Origin: Rhynchobatus australiae
Lineage: Eukaryota
Length of the DNA stretch: 64,000 nucleotides
NCBI GenBank assembly: GCA_034780895.1
Contig: JAUZTB010000064.1
Span: 76,214,176 to 76,278,175 of the forward strand
Direction: 5' to 3'
In this document: one piece after another, positions 24,950 to 37,500 of the stretch
Position numbering within the stretch: the stretch's first letter is position 1
How the letters are laid out: every line of letters begins with the position of its first letter
Position numbers and translations under genes: made by a program
The notes under the pieces: generated by a model
What the model was told of the DNA's origin: nothing
What the model saw: the letters and a program-made list of their open reading frames with translations, nothing else
Databases searched by the model: none

Positions 24950-27350
24950 TAGAGGGCCGGGTAAAGTGTATAGCAACAATCATTGGGGGACTTTAGTCTA
25001 CATAAAACTAGGCAAAACAAATTAGTTTGTAGGAAAACTTCATAATGTATGTAAAATATTTTGCATCAATCAATTTATTTGTTGAGGAACAGGTTGGTTT
25101 AAATTGAGTATCGTGCAATGAGAAAGGGCTAGTTTGATAAGGGTCTCTTTTGGGGAAGAATGATCATGGTAGAATATTAAGATTTGAAAATGATTTGGTT
25201 CAATACAAGACCAGGGTCATGCATCTAAACAAAAACTTGAGTTCGCAATGGTTGGTCAGGGAGCTACAGTTTAACAGTGTAACATGTAAAGAATTAATGT
25301 ATACCTTGCAACAAATTTTAAGGTACAAAAATCCAACAGGAAAAATGGTCCTGTTAACAAGTAAGGAAGCTAAGCAAAGTATTAAGGAAAGGCTTATCTT
25401 GCCAGTAAGAGAAATAAATCTGAGGATTGAGAACATCAGAATTCAGCATTTGAGGACCAAGGCACTGAGGAAGAGCCATGTGGAATATGGGAATAATTAA
25501 AGGTTACAAAAGATGGGTAAAAATGAAAAGATTAGTGAAACTTAAAACTGAAGAAATTAGAGGAACAAGTGGCAGATAAATTAAGGAAATATTTTACCTG
25601 CCTTCAGAAAGGATGTAAAAATACCTCTCAGAAATAACAGCCTGAGTGAATATGGAATTAAAATAAATTAGTATTAATTGTGGTGTTGGGAGGAGCATTG
25701 GGTCCAAAGACAGACCTGATTACCTGTTTCAAAGGCTTGCAGGTTATGGCAATAGTGGTTATCATTTTCTTGAGGCCTATAAATTGAAGAATCCTTCCCA
25801 CAAATTGGAAGGTTGCAAATNNNNNNNNNNNNNNNNNNNNNNNNNNNNNNNNNNNNNNNNNNNNNNNNNNNNNNNNNNNNNNNNNNNNNNNNNNNNNNNN
25901 NNNNNNNNNNNNNNNNNNNNNNNNNNNNNNNNNNNNNNNNNNNNNNNNNNNNNNNNNNNNNNNNNNNNNNNNNNNNNNNNNNNNNNNNNNNNNNNNNNNN
26001 NNNNNNNNNNNNNNNNNNNNNNNNNNNNNNNNNNNNNNNNNNNNNNNNNNNNNNNNNNNNNNNNNNNNNNNNNNNNNNNNNNNNNNNNNNNNNNNNNNNN
26101 NNNNNNNNNNNNNNNNNNNNNNNNNNNNNNNNNNNNNNNNNNNNNNNNNNNNNNNNNNNNNNNNNNNNNNNNNNNNNNNNNNNNNNNNNNNNNNNNNNNN
26201 NNNNNNNNNNNNNNNNNNNNNNNNNNNNNNNNNNNNNNNGATGGCACTGTGTGTCATTGATTTGGATGAAGGGATCATGTGTAATATATCACATACCTCG
26301 ATATGGCCTTGCACCTTATTGTCTGCCTGCACTGTACTTTCTCTGCAACCGTAACACTATATTCTGCTTTCTGTTATTGTTTTCCATTGTACTACTTTAA
26401 TGTATGATTGTAATGAAATGATCTGTATGGATGGCATGCAAAATAAAGTTTTTCACTGTACCTTGGTGCATGTGACAATAAAACCAATTTGCCAATCAAA
26501 ATTTGTTGATGATGCAAAGCTGGGTGGCAGTGCGTTGTGAAGAGAATGAAGTGAGCCTTCCTGAAGATGGAAAAGGATAAATGAAATGGGGAAAGAAGAT
26601 GGTAGATAGAATATAATATGGAAAATGAAGTTATCCACTTTGGTTTAAAAGAAATGGAAAGCTAATATGATTATTGAATGGTAATAGATTTAAAAGCAGT
26701 GATGTATAGACTTGTGTGTCCTTGTATATACATCATAAAGTTAGTATATAGGTACAGAAGGAAATCAAGAAGGCAAACAGGAAGTTGGCCTTTATCACAA
26801 GAGGATTTAAGTGGAAAAATCATAACATTTCTCTGAAATTGTATGGGGCCCTGGTGAGACCGTATTTGGACAATTATTTACAAGTTAGGTTTTCCTACTT
26901 AAGGAAATATATACTTTTATGACAGGGATGCAATGAAGGTTCACCAGATTGATAACCAGAGCGAGGAATTGTTCTACAAGATTTAAAATAAATTAGGTCT
27001 TTATTCCCTTGTGTTTAGAAGAATGAAAGGTGCTAATACTGAAATATACAATATTTTTATTGAGCTTAATAGGGTAGATGCTGGAATGGTTTATCTTGGT
27101 TGGGGTATCTAGAACCAGGGGTAATGGCCTGAAAGCATAGGATCAGCCAATTCAGAACTCGGGTGAGAAGAAATTTCTTCATTTAGAGGGCAGTGTAACT
27201 TCAGGGTTCTCTACGCAAGGGCAGCGAAGGCTCTGTGACAGTGATTGATTCACTTTATATTCAAAAATTATCAAGTCTTGTGCTGCTAACATAGGAAAGT
27301 GGCACTGAGGTTGAAGATCAACTACTATGTCATTGAATGGCCATCTACTA
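24950..27350 (+). mobile_element. Old CR1-like LINE interrupted by a gap and a Rex-type 3' end
   Basis: IIGGL/DF-like endonuclease remnant near 24980; WKVAN at 25806; KFVDDAKLGG at ~26500; KKANRKLAFITRGF and LYGALVRPYL at 26760-26870. Confidence 0.7.
26240..26495 (+). mobile_element. Rex1/Babar-associated 3' end or short repeat nested in the CR1
   Basis: tggccttgcacctt...tgtatggatggcatgcaaaataaagtttttcactgtaccttggtgcatgtgacaataaaacca; a similar tail lies on the minus strand at 43370-43440. Confidence 0.55.
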
Positions 27351-27665
27351 TTTCNNNNNNNNNNNNNNNNNNNNNNNNTTTTGAATGGAGGGACAAGTCC
27401 TGTGAATGAACAGCTGAGAGTGAAAGTGGTAGAAAAGGTTGGGGCAGGACTAATGTAAATCCAGTACAAACAATTTAGATGGCAAATTTAAATTGCTATT
27501 ATGCTGAACTTGGGCCTTTCTGTTGGCTTAAATTTCCAGAAAAGTTTGTCATGGTGTTCATTGTACCTTTGGAAAGAGGGAAACATCAAATTTAGTGTTA
27601 TATACCTCTAATTGAAAATGAACACATATCATAAATTTCTGTTTTAATGTATCATTTTTTTTTAG

Positions 27666-27920
27666 ACCTTCCTCAGAACTGTGATCGCAACATTCCTTTA
27701 GTTGCTCAGGAAATAATGAAAAGAATGATTCGTCAGTTTGCAATTGAATATATATCCAGAAGTAATCGTGTTCATGGAACTCAAACTGGATCAGCCGATG
27801 AATCTGTTTCAGTCCCAGATGATCCTCCTGCCAACCAAACCCAGAACTCCTTTCACCAGGAGCAGGAAGGACCGTTAGACCTCACTGTGAATAAAAATCA
27901 ACAGAAATGTTTTCAACAAG
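27666..27920 (+). CDS. LCORL: LCORL coding exon 5, (D)LPQNCDRNIPLVAQEIMKRMIRQFAIEYIS...EGPLDLTVNK..QQ, with CtBP-binding PLDLT motif
   Basis: Acceptor ttttttttag|AC and donor CAAG|gtaatt; 255 nt, phase 1-1; lies within ORF 27647..27928. MKRMIRQFAIEY and PLDLT are LCOR/LCORL family hallmarks. Confidence 0.96.
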
Positions 27921-28279
27921 GTAATTAAATTTCTCTTCCACTTTAATTGGGTTAGTTGGAGGGGAGGGGGGGGGTAAGAATGGTGAGAATTTGCGCAGGT
28001 GTGTTTCGGATGCTCATTATGGAAGTAACTTAATAGAAACTTAGTCTTAAGTTACCATCTTGTCAGTTTGGGTTCAAAGCCAGGTCAAAATTGATGTCGT
28101 GAAAGTCACTGCCTCAACTTTATTCTAAGTAAACGTGTCTAAATTTTAGACAGTAAATTGACAGTCTTGTACAAGGACTATATGTATTTGGTTTATTAAA
28201 TAACTCAAAAGTCAAATAATGAAATCTTTTCTTAAAAAAAAATCAAGTTGCTTCAAATCCCTCATTCTTAACTCATAGT

Positions 28280-29030
28280 GATACGGCACAGAACAGGCCC
28301 CTTGGCCCACCAGACTCGTACCAACTATCAAGTACCCATCTATACTAATCCCATTCACCAGCACTTGGATCGTAGCTTCTGTGTCAAGGCGATTCAAGTG
28401 CTCACTTAGGTTAGTACTGGTTTGCTATGGGGTTAAAACATGGCATATTGGAGCAAGTTGAATGAGATTGAACGTATCTTGTTTAAAAATAGAATGCAAT
28501 AGGGGAGATGTGGCATGACAAAAATAATACTTATTTCACAATTCAAATATAATGGAAAATGTTTTTGACTGTTCTTTAATGTAGTAGGGCTATGTTGGCA
28601 GACTACACGTGCTTGAGATGTACAAAATTACAAGGGACACATATAGGAACCTTTGAGGTCTCAGATCAGGGATAAGAGCTTAGAGAGGATCTGAAACAGA
28701 ACTTTTTCACCCAGAGGGTGGTTGGAATCTGGAATGAACAACCTGAGTGGGTGGTGGAGACAGGTATTCTCACAAATTTAAGTATCTAGACAAACACTTG
28801 AATCACCAAGGCATGGAAGGCTGCAGACCAAGAGCTAGTAAATGGGATTAACGTAGATGGGTGCAACAAACAATCTGCTGGGGAAGACGAGTATGGAGGA
28901 AGGATAGATAGCTGTAGTGGTGGCTGATTCTGGCATCTGCAGTCTCTTGCATGTGTCGTGTAGGTGGGTACTTGATAGTTGGCATGCAGGTGGTGAGCTG
29001 AAGGGGCTGTTTCTGTGCTGGATGACTATA
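28280..29030. mobile_element. CR1 3'-end fragments in both orientations
   Basis: 28280-28410 is a minus-strand tail (acagaacaggccccttggcccac). 28600-29030 on + reads ttttcacccagagggtggttggaatctggaat...gaaggggctgtttctgtgctg. Confidence 0.65.
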
Positions 29031-29439
29031 TGTAAGCTCAGAACGAGGAGTCAGAAGCAACTTGATCTTTCAAGATTTCATAATTTCCATGCTAAATTTC
29101 CTTGACTACAAAATTGGCCCTCATTACTTCTGAGTTTCTGGTTAAAAGGCAAAAGGATGTTCACAGAAAATCCATATTCTGTTTGAAGAAAGTCTGTTAT
29201 TTTTGCCTTGAAATGTTGCCTTTTGTAACATAAAATAAAGGAGATAGAATAAGAAATAGATGAAAAGGGTGCAAATAGTAGTGTGTACACACAGGCAGTG
29301 GGGAGTCGGTGCAGGTAAGTTGCAGCAACGTAACTGAAGCTGTATATAACAAAATCAACTTTTTAAAAAAGTAGGAAACATTAAGCTATTATTTATCTAA
29401 GTTCATCTATGTAATTAAATACGACAAGGTTATTGGTTA

Positions 29440-29775
29440 GGGGTAGCATTGTAGTTATTGGACTGATGTCCAGAGATTTACTCTAATAAATCCAGAGAGA
29501 AATGTTTGAATTCCACCATGACAGCTGGGGAATTTAAATTCACATAATTAAATCTGGAATTAAAAAGCTATTGTTAATACAATGACCAAAAAACTGTTGG
29601 ATTGTTGTAAAAACCTATTAATTTCACTAATATCATACAGGAAAAGGAATCAATGTATTTACGCTGTTACGTCTCCTTGTGACTCACAACCACTCTTAAA
29701 TTGCTCTCAGGCGATTTTAGAGGATGAATAATAAGTGCTAGGTGCTGTTGACACCCATATGCCTTCAATGAATAT
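29440..29775 (+). mobile_element. tRNA-derived SINE, decayed
   Basis: Head gggtagcattgtagttattggact...gtttgaattccaccatgacagct with B-box-like gtttgaattcc; AT-rich body ending in gacacccatatgccttcaatgaata. Confidence 0.5.
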
Positions 29776-31904
29776 GTTCTTAAAGAACAGCAATGCAATC
29801 ATCTTTAGGGAAGAGTGTTTAATCTAGAGTCCAAGGTGCAGGTATTTTGAGGCTTGGTGAGAAGGAAGTTACTCAAGCACTTTGATTGTGGAGTCATTCA
29901 TAAGGTTAAGTGGTGTTACAGATCGGATTAATAGAAGGATCTCATGGGTCAGGCAGGTGTAGTGCTGGAGGAGTCAAAATTTTCTGATTAAAATCTCAAC
30001 TACATAAAGCTTAAAGGTTTTTGCTGCCTGTGTACATGAACTCCTAAGACCATGAGAATGCCCTACCTAAAGGTACCTCCTCAAGGCCCAAACTATCCTG
30101 ACTTGAAAATATGTCACTGCTCTTTCATCATCACCTAGTCTAAATACTGTAATTTCCTACCCAGCAACAGTGAGGGAGTATCTTCACCTAAAGGACAGCA
30201 GCAGCTCATTAAGATGACTTCCCAAGAGTAATNNNNNNNNNNNNNNNNNNNNNNNNNNNNNNNNNNNNNNNNNNNNNNNNNNNNNTTGTCAAGAATAAAT
30301 TTATCAAAGTGATAATTGACAATGTGTAGCTGAAAGAGATGGGTGGGGCAGGCATTAAGATTTATAGAGCAATTGACCTATTACTGGGTTAATAGGAAGC
30401 ATGGATGGGATGATCTTCATCTTAACCAAGTCTGGATGAGTTCTGACAAATTGAGGAACTAGTAAAAGGTTATAAGTTAATGAAGACAGGCTGGTATAGG
30501 AACATTCTGGAAAAGGTAAAATTAGTAACAGTAAATGAAATACTGCTGTTTCCAGAAAGGGCTAGGGGGAGGGAAGCTTGCTATATTGTTCTTGCACAGA
30601 ACCTGCATGGACTTAATGAGCTGCGTGATCACTTTCTGTAAGATTTATGTGATTTTCTGAAATCTTAAGACAGGATAGTGATTTGGGTAAAAAAAACACA
30701 CATGAAAGGACAGCTTATGAAGGGACAAGCTTACAAAGGGTCTTTAGGCTTTTGGAACTAAGCTGGTCAAAAATAAAAGAAGTTTAAGCTTAAAGCAGTA
30801 TCTTGGTGCATAAAGCATTTACAGCAGAGTGAATCAATTAATGGGGTGGATTGAAATAAAAGTTTGACTAACAGTCATTACAGAGATATTTCAGAGTGAT
30901 AAAAGTTTGGGACTAAATGTTTCTAGATAGGTAAAATAGAAAAGAGATGGGGTGAGCATGGTGAGGAGGTGCAGCCACATGATAAAGGATGAGCAAAGAC
31001 TGTAGAGATTAAAAAAGAAACTGTCGAGTAAAAAATTCTTCAAAACAATTTAAAACATTTACATGATGCTTACCTAGGACCTTCACACCCATTCCTGTTC
31101 AAGGAAATAATATGGAATGACCCTGCAAGGACCCTCTCTCCACCTCAGGTGCAGCCAGTGAATTGCACCGAAGTTGAAAGATGCACTTATTGCTTGAAGT
31201 GTAAAGTTATGAGGCTGCAGACCACAGACAAAGGTTAAATGTGGTCAGGATTAGGTGTGGTGTTGTTTGAGCCATTTGTGTTTCTTGTAACCTTTGCTGA
31301 GAAAACAGGTGGTGAGGCTTGACTGTTGCTTATCTGTCTTGGGGTACACTTGTTTTAATAAATTGTGCAGTAGTGAGATTTGAATAGGGCCTCTCTTAAA
31401 AGTGTTAAAGATGAAGTTAAGTGATGCTCCCATCTGTTGAGCTCCAGGGTACAAGAATCACTTTTCCAATATCGAAAAAAGGTTCCATGCAGTGACTGAG
31501 TGCAGTCAAAGTAAGATATGTTTATGGGGAGAGCTAGTTATAATGGAGTTAATTATTACATCATTTTAATTGCAACAAATGGGTTCTAGAAATGATCATG
31601 AATATTGAAGAGCAGTGCACAACCATAGATGAAATATTATTGGTCACAGGAACAATAGGATTTGCCACAGTTGAGTGATTTATTTCAATGATTCTTTTTC
31701 TTGCTAAGCCTCAAAGCTTCTTGCAATAAAAAGCCCTAAAAATTGCAGTTAGGCCATTCTGGATGCAGGCTCATGAACCTAAGGGTTTCTTTGGTGCATG
31801 TCTCACTCTAGGTAAAGTCTATTGATACTTTTGAAGATTTCCAGCTTTTAGGTCCTTATTCTTAGGATAAAAGATAGGGAAATGCAGTGGGATTACTCAG
31901 GCAG

Positions 31905-33470
31905 ACACGAGACTGCAGATGCTGGAATCAGGAGCACTGAACAGTCTGCTGGAGGAACTCTGCAGGTCAGGCAGCACCTGTAAGGGAAGAGGAATTGTCA
32001 ATGTGTTGGGTCGAAACCCTGCATTAGGACTGAGAGTGGAGATGGGTAATAGCTAGTAGAAAATGGAGAAGGGGAGCAGTGAGACAACGGCCACAGGTGA
32101 TCGCTGGACCAAGGAGAGATGAAGGATGACAGGCAGATCGAGCCAGGGAGGGGAAGAGGATGGGTGAAGTTTGAAGACAGAGACAGGTGGATGATAGATG
32201 GAGACGGACAAAAAAAGGAGACAGGTGGAGCCAGACTGGGGGAGGAGAGGCTGAAGATGGAGACAGCTGGGAGGGTGATAAGCAGGAAAACAAAGGCTAC
32301 CAGTGCTGGAATCAGATAAGGTGATAATAGAAACCATTAGGCAAGAGGTAGGCAGATGGAACCAGAACCAGAAGGGTGAAGGGGTTAAGCCAATGGGTGA
32401 ACTGTGCATGTTGTGGGTGGATGGAACCAGGAGGGTGATTGGGGAGGGGGGGGGCAGTGGGGGCTGGCTGGTGGCGTACAGTAAAAATTCATTGTCATAC
32501 CATTGGGTTGCAGAATACCCAGGTGGAATATGAAGTTCCTCTAGTTTGAGTTGGACCTCACCCTGACAGTAGAGAAGGCAGGGTCGATAACAAGGTCGGT
32601 GTGGGAATGGGAAGGAGAATTGAAATGGCATGCATCTGGGAGCTCGGGATGGCCATTGTGGACAGAGCACACGTTATGCGAATCGATCACCTAGTCTGCG
32701 TTGGTCTCGCCACTGTAAAGCAGGCCACATCGGGAGCACCAAATGCAGCAGACGAGGTTGGAGGAGGTGCATGTGAATCTTTGTCTCACCTGGAAGGGCT
32801 GCTTAAGTCCCTGGATGGTGGTGAAGGAAGTGTAAGAACAAGTGTTACACCTTCTGCAGTTGCAGGGGATAGTACCAGCAGTCAGGGAGGGTGGGTGGGG
32901 ACAGATGACTGCACCAGGGAGTAACGGAGGGAATGATCCCTGCGGAAGGCGGAAAGGGGTGGGGAGGAGATGATGTGGCTGGTGGTGGGATTATGTTGAA
33001 GCCAGCAGAAATGACGATGATGTGCTGGATGCGGAGGCAAGTAGGGTGAAAGCTGAGGACTAGGGGATCTCTATATCTACTCTGGAGGGAGTTGGGGTGG
33101 GAGCAGAAGTCTGAAAAACAGGAAATATGAAAGAAGGCTTGAGTAACCACAGTTGAAGGGAAGCCACATTTCCTGAAAAAGGATGACATTTTAGATGTTC
33201 TGGAATGAACCGCCTCACCTTGAGACCAGATGCGATGGAGATGGAAAAACTGGGAGAAAGGGATGGCATCCTTACAAGAGACAGTGTGGGAAGAGGTGTA
33301 GTCTAGTGGACTGTGGGAGGTTTGGATTTATAGGAAATATCAGTGGCTAGTTTGTCTCCTGAGATGGAGACAGTGAGGCCTCAAAAAGGGGGAGAAGTGT
33401 TAGAAAATAGTCCAAGTAAATTTGAGAACAGGGTGGGAGTTAGTAGCGAAATTGATAAAATTGATGAATG
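31905..33470 (-). mobile_element. Penelope-like retroelement (RT C-terminus, GIY-YIG endonuclease, 3' terminal repeat)
   Basis: Minus strand reads MSSFFRKCGFPSTVVTQA, RDPLVLSFHPTCLRIQHII, FTCTSSNLVCCIWCSRCGLLYSGETNAD, LKLEELHI. Terminal motif cgagactgcagatgctggaatc at ~31910. Confidence 0.9.
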
Positions 33471-34409
33471 CCACTGCTACATTGGCATTCCCGTGAACTT
33501 GAAGAGGAACCCAGTTGTTCTATTAATGTTCTCTATTTTTTCATTCATGTAGAAGTTCCGGCAGTGTAGTAACTATTTTGCAAGTTAGCAACCCTGATGT
33601 GCCCAAGTAGTAATGATTTAGGAATACTCTATATTCATCGTCATATTGTTCGTCTTTCCAAAACAAGAAAATTATTTTCATAGAACTTTCACATAATTTT
33701 TCTTCAAAACAGATGAAGTTTTCTTTAATTTTATTTTAATATCAAGCATTTCAATTTTTCACCAATATTATGCATGATTTTAGATATTAAGTTTTAGGTG
33801 AAATAAATAACCCACATGAAGTTATCTATTACTTTGGGGAAGGAAGCTAGTGATAGATTTTCATGGATTTGATGGGGAAAATATTTTCAGTCAGAGGTGG
33901 GTATTTGCTTTCTCTGCTTGCACTTACACCATCCTTGTGTACTACATATTAGGCTTACTTTGGTTATGTTGAATGTTTGAGCATTCTCTCTGCTTTAATA
34001 AGAGCTCGCCAATGGGGGAGACCCCATTTTTCTTTGTAAAGAGTGAAAGCTAAATGTTCAGTTCCTTCCTTTTCATCCAGCGAGGTTGGTCATGTTGGAG
34101 ATCTTCAAGTTTTGGGTAATGTTTTGGGTTGGTAATATTTTGGGTCCCTATCTATTGATTTTTAATACACATTCAGTTTTATTCATAATTCAAAGATGTT
34201 TCTGCTATTTAAAAAAAGTTTTGAAATTATCTGTTGGCATCTATAAAGAAGATGGCATCTTCAGTCATTAACAGGAATTTTCTCTGAAGACCTGAGTTTA
34301 CAGGTTTGGTTTTGTTATTTAATTAAAAGCAAACTGTCAATATTGCTGAAGTTTAAACACCTTAAAGGCCTTTATTGTAGAAATATTGAACAAAACTTTC
34401 TGTTAGCAG

Positions 34410-34509
34410 ATGGAGTGCTTGATCTGTCTACTAAGAAGAGTCCTTGTGCTGGCAATGTTTCTGCAAGCAAGTTTCTGGATTGCTCCTCTTCTGCTGTTTT
34501 AGCCAAAGG
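34410..34509 (+). CDS. LCORL: LCORL coding exon 6, (D)GVLDLSTKKSPCAGNVSASKFLDCSSSAVLAK(G), with second CtBP-binding VLDLS motif
   Basis: Tandem acceptor tgttag/cag|AT (start 34407 or 34410) and donor AAAGG|gtaagc; phase 1-2. Contains the DGVLDLSTKK family motif. Confidence 0.93.
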
Positions 34510-37500
34510 GTAAGCATGAAGACTGTCTGAAACTGCTTTTACCCTTTAAGTAGTTCACCTGTTTAAATACAGAAATGCTGTGTGTTTCTTTGTCCTCCAA
34601 TTATTTTTAAGGGATTTCCCCCTTGACTTCAACAATGCAATAATTGCAACATTATTTTGGGTAACTTTTCACCTTGGGGCATTTTATTAACTCCATTTAT
34701 ATGATATTGTTTCTTATGGCGCAGTCCTCAATTAAAATTTTCCTTATTTACGTTAATTTTTATAGGATTTTTTTTACCTGATATGTTTTCAGGGTTTTCT
34801 TCAAAGTCATGTACCAAAATTTAGGTTGTTCTGTTGACATTATTTCAGCATTTATGTAGCATAATAAAACAAAGTCCATGACCCTGATGTATGACGAATG
34901 GGAGGGGAGTGGAAGTGGAAATGTAATGTCTGCCTTTTGGTGTGTTTGGCCAAGTCAATGCTGCCTTTGTACAGTACAGTGCTATCTCTACAGAGTTTCT
35001 TCTGTAGTTCTCAAATTACACAAGGCCCCCATACCATGTCTTTCCAGGTAGTGAACCTCATGATGTGCAATTATATACCTGTTTTCATAACCATGCAGAA
35101 TTTGGACCTGGAAAAACAAAAAAAACTTGATTTTTTTTGTTGGTTTTTACGAAATGCATTGAAATAACTTCTTTTAGATGCAGGTGATGATGATTTTGGT
35201 TGTATGGAAAATGATTTAGAAATTTACCTCTAAGCAGAATGAACAACAGATATCTCTGGAGAATAGAGCCTGGAATTAAATAATGCCTTTTGAAACTGAG
35301 TGATTAGGGTTGTCCACTCAAAGTGTTCCGGAGTTACTGGAGATCAAATATTACTGTCCTGGACACTGTTATGAGCAGGAGATTGGGAATAATTTTTAGT
35401 CAGGGATATAAAGCTGAGATGAGAAAGTATGATTCGATGTGGGGATGGTGGGAGAAGCAGTTAGGAATATTGATAGAAGAGGGGGAATGAAACAGGGCAC
35501 CAATATTTCCAGGAGAATTGAAGAGCAGTAGCAATGTGGTAAATAGAATTGGTCCCAATAGGAAAAACAGCCATTTAAGTCACTTTGTTAAATAGTGAAT
35601 AAAACCAGGATTCTTACTAGAAGAACCAAGTAGGAAGGAAAGTTTCTGAGGGTGATAGTATCATGGGATACCTTGCCACGAGTGGCTATTTCAGACATGT
35701 CATTTTAAAAGTGTGGATGTATTCTATGAAGAATAAATATCGAAGTATCTTGGGAGGGAATATGGTTATAGGAGTGAGCATGGGTACTGGGAGTCAAATG
35801 GCTACCTCCTTGAGCTGAAATTTCTCTGAAGAGTAACTCCTCTCTGAGTTCAGGTCAGGGGAGTAGTTTAGAAATGTTGCTGTTGAATTGAGTTTAGAAT
35901 GAGATGCTGTGAGAAATATGCTCAACTTTGAGCCTTCAGCCCTCCTATCTGATCTGTCAGTTGGGATTGTATTGGTTCACACCAGTCAGTTTTCAAATGG
36001 CGCCTGAGTACAGATTTGCTCTGACTGAGGATACCAATTCAGAGTTGAACCTTCAAGCTGTACTCGTGAAACAGAAGATATGAAGAAAGGTTTAGTACTG
36101 ATGATAAATGTTATGTGAATAGAATAGCACCTGTTCAAACCTCCTGGAATGTTTCCAGGCAGAGCTAGGAACCCTATTGTGGCCGGAATACATGCCTGAC
36201 TAAGGGTTTGTTCACTTTAATATTCAAATTTAGGTCCTGTGACATACCGAAAGATAAGATACAGATGGGTGGATTGTGCACTGTTCCATCTCCACAATTT
36301 TAGCCGGCAGACCAACTGAATACAAGTTCCAGAGTAAATTTTTTTAACTTTGAGCTTGTGTGCTACATTGAGTTTCATGAAAACAAATGGACTGAGATGC
36401 AGGACCTTCTGTGAAAAGGCCTTCTCTTTTTCTCCACTCCAGCACCCCAAATGCCCTATCAGTTTCTTAGTTTGGGTTAGAAGCAGAAAACGCTGGAAAT
36501 GCTCAGCAGGTCAGGCAGCATCTATGGAAAGAGAAATAAAGTTAATGTTTCATTTTGAAGACTCCTCATCAGACCTCCTCTTAGCCTGGATTTTGACAAG
36601 GTCACCTGATATTGCCTCGACTCATCATAGGTAGGTTGCCGGACATGCACTGTTTCTTCCCAAGCCCAATGTTATTAAGACCCACTCTCTGATCAGGCCA
36701 GGTCTCCAAATGTGACTAACTACAGTTGATGTCCCAATTGGTTACTTCATTTTTAAGAAAACTACAGCTTTTATTTAAAAAAGTAAAATTTTGAATGGCT
36801 GGTGTGGACCCTTTCCAATGGTTGTAATTCAGTATTGTACCACAGTACATCTATTTTGTACGGTTGTGAATAGTTCTGATAATTACTGGTATAATTTTAG
36901 AGAGACAAAGGTTTTGTGTTCATTTGCCAGTCAACGTTGCTGAATGATCATGATAGGACAACAGTGAAAGAACCTGAAATTGACTAGTATCTATAAACTG
37001 TGAAGCTGTCCCTCTTCCTCATTCCTATTCCCTTTGGGGTGGGGGGGGGGGGTGAATAATATGAATTAATGGTGTAGCTTCAACTCTTAAAATATATATA
37101 ACAAATATTTAATTGCACTTGATTCCATGAACTACATTTGATATTCTCCACTGATTACCCACTTCCTCAAAAGTAATAATTGGCAATTTTTCCTACATTA
37201 TAGTAATGATCAAAAGTACTTCACTGGCTGTGAAGTGATTGGATATGTCCTCATTCTGTAAAAGATGTTCTGTGAATGCAAGTTCTTTCTTTTAGAATTA
37301 AAAGCTAATCTTTGAATTCCACAAGATGGGTCAACCAAACAAGTGGTTGTGTGCAGTGTATTCTGAAGAATATGGGCAATTCTTATGTAATAGGGCCTAT
37401 CTTTATTTCTAGAACTGGCCTTTTATGACCTTATCCTTTCAATTTAGGGCCAAATAATTAATTTTGTGTTTTTTTTAGTAAAATTACACAGCAGTGTCCC

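Noticed and set aside
32024-33269. Cluster of overlapping ORFs on both strands
   Set aside because: Explained by the decayed Penelope element and its purine/pyrimidine-skewed 3' region.
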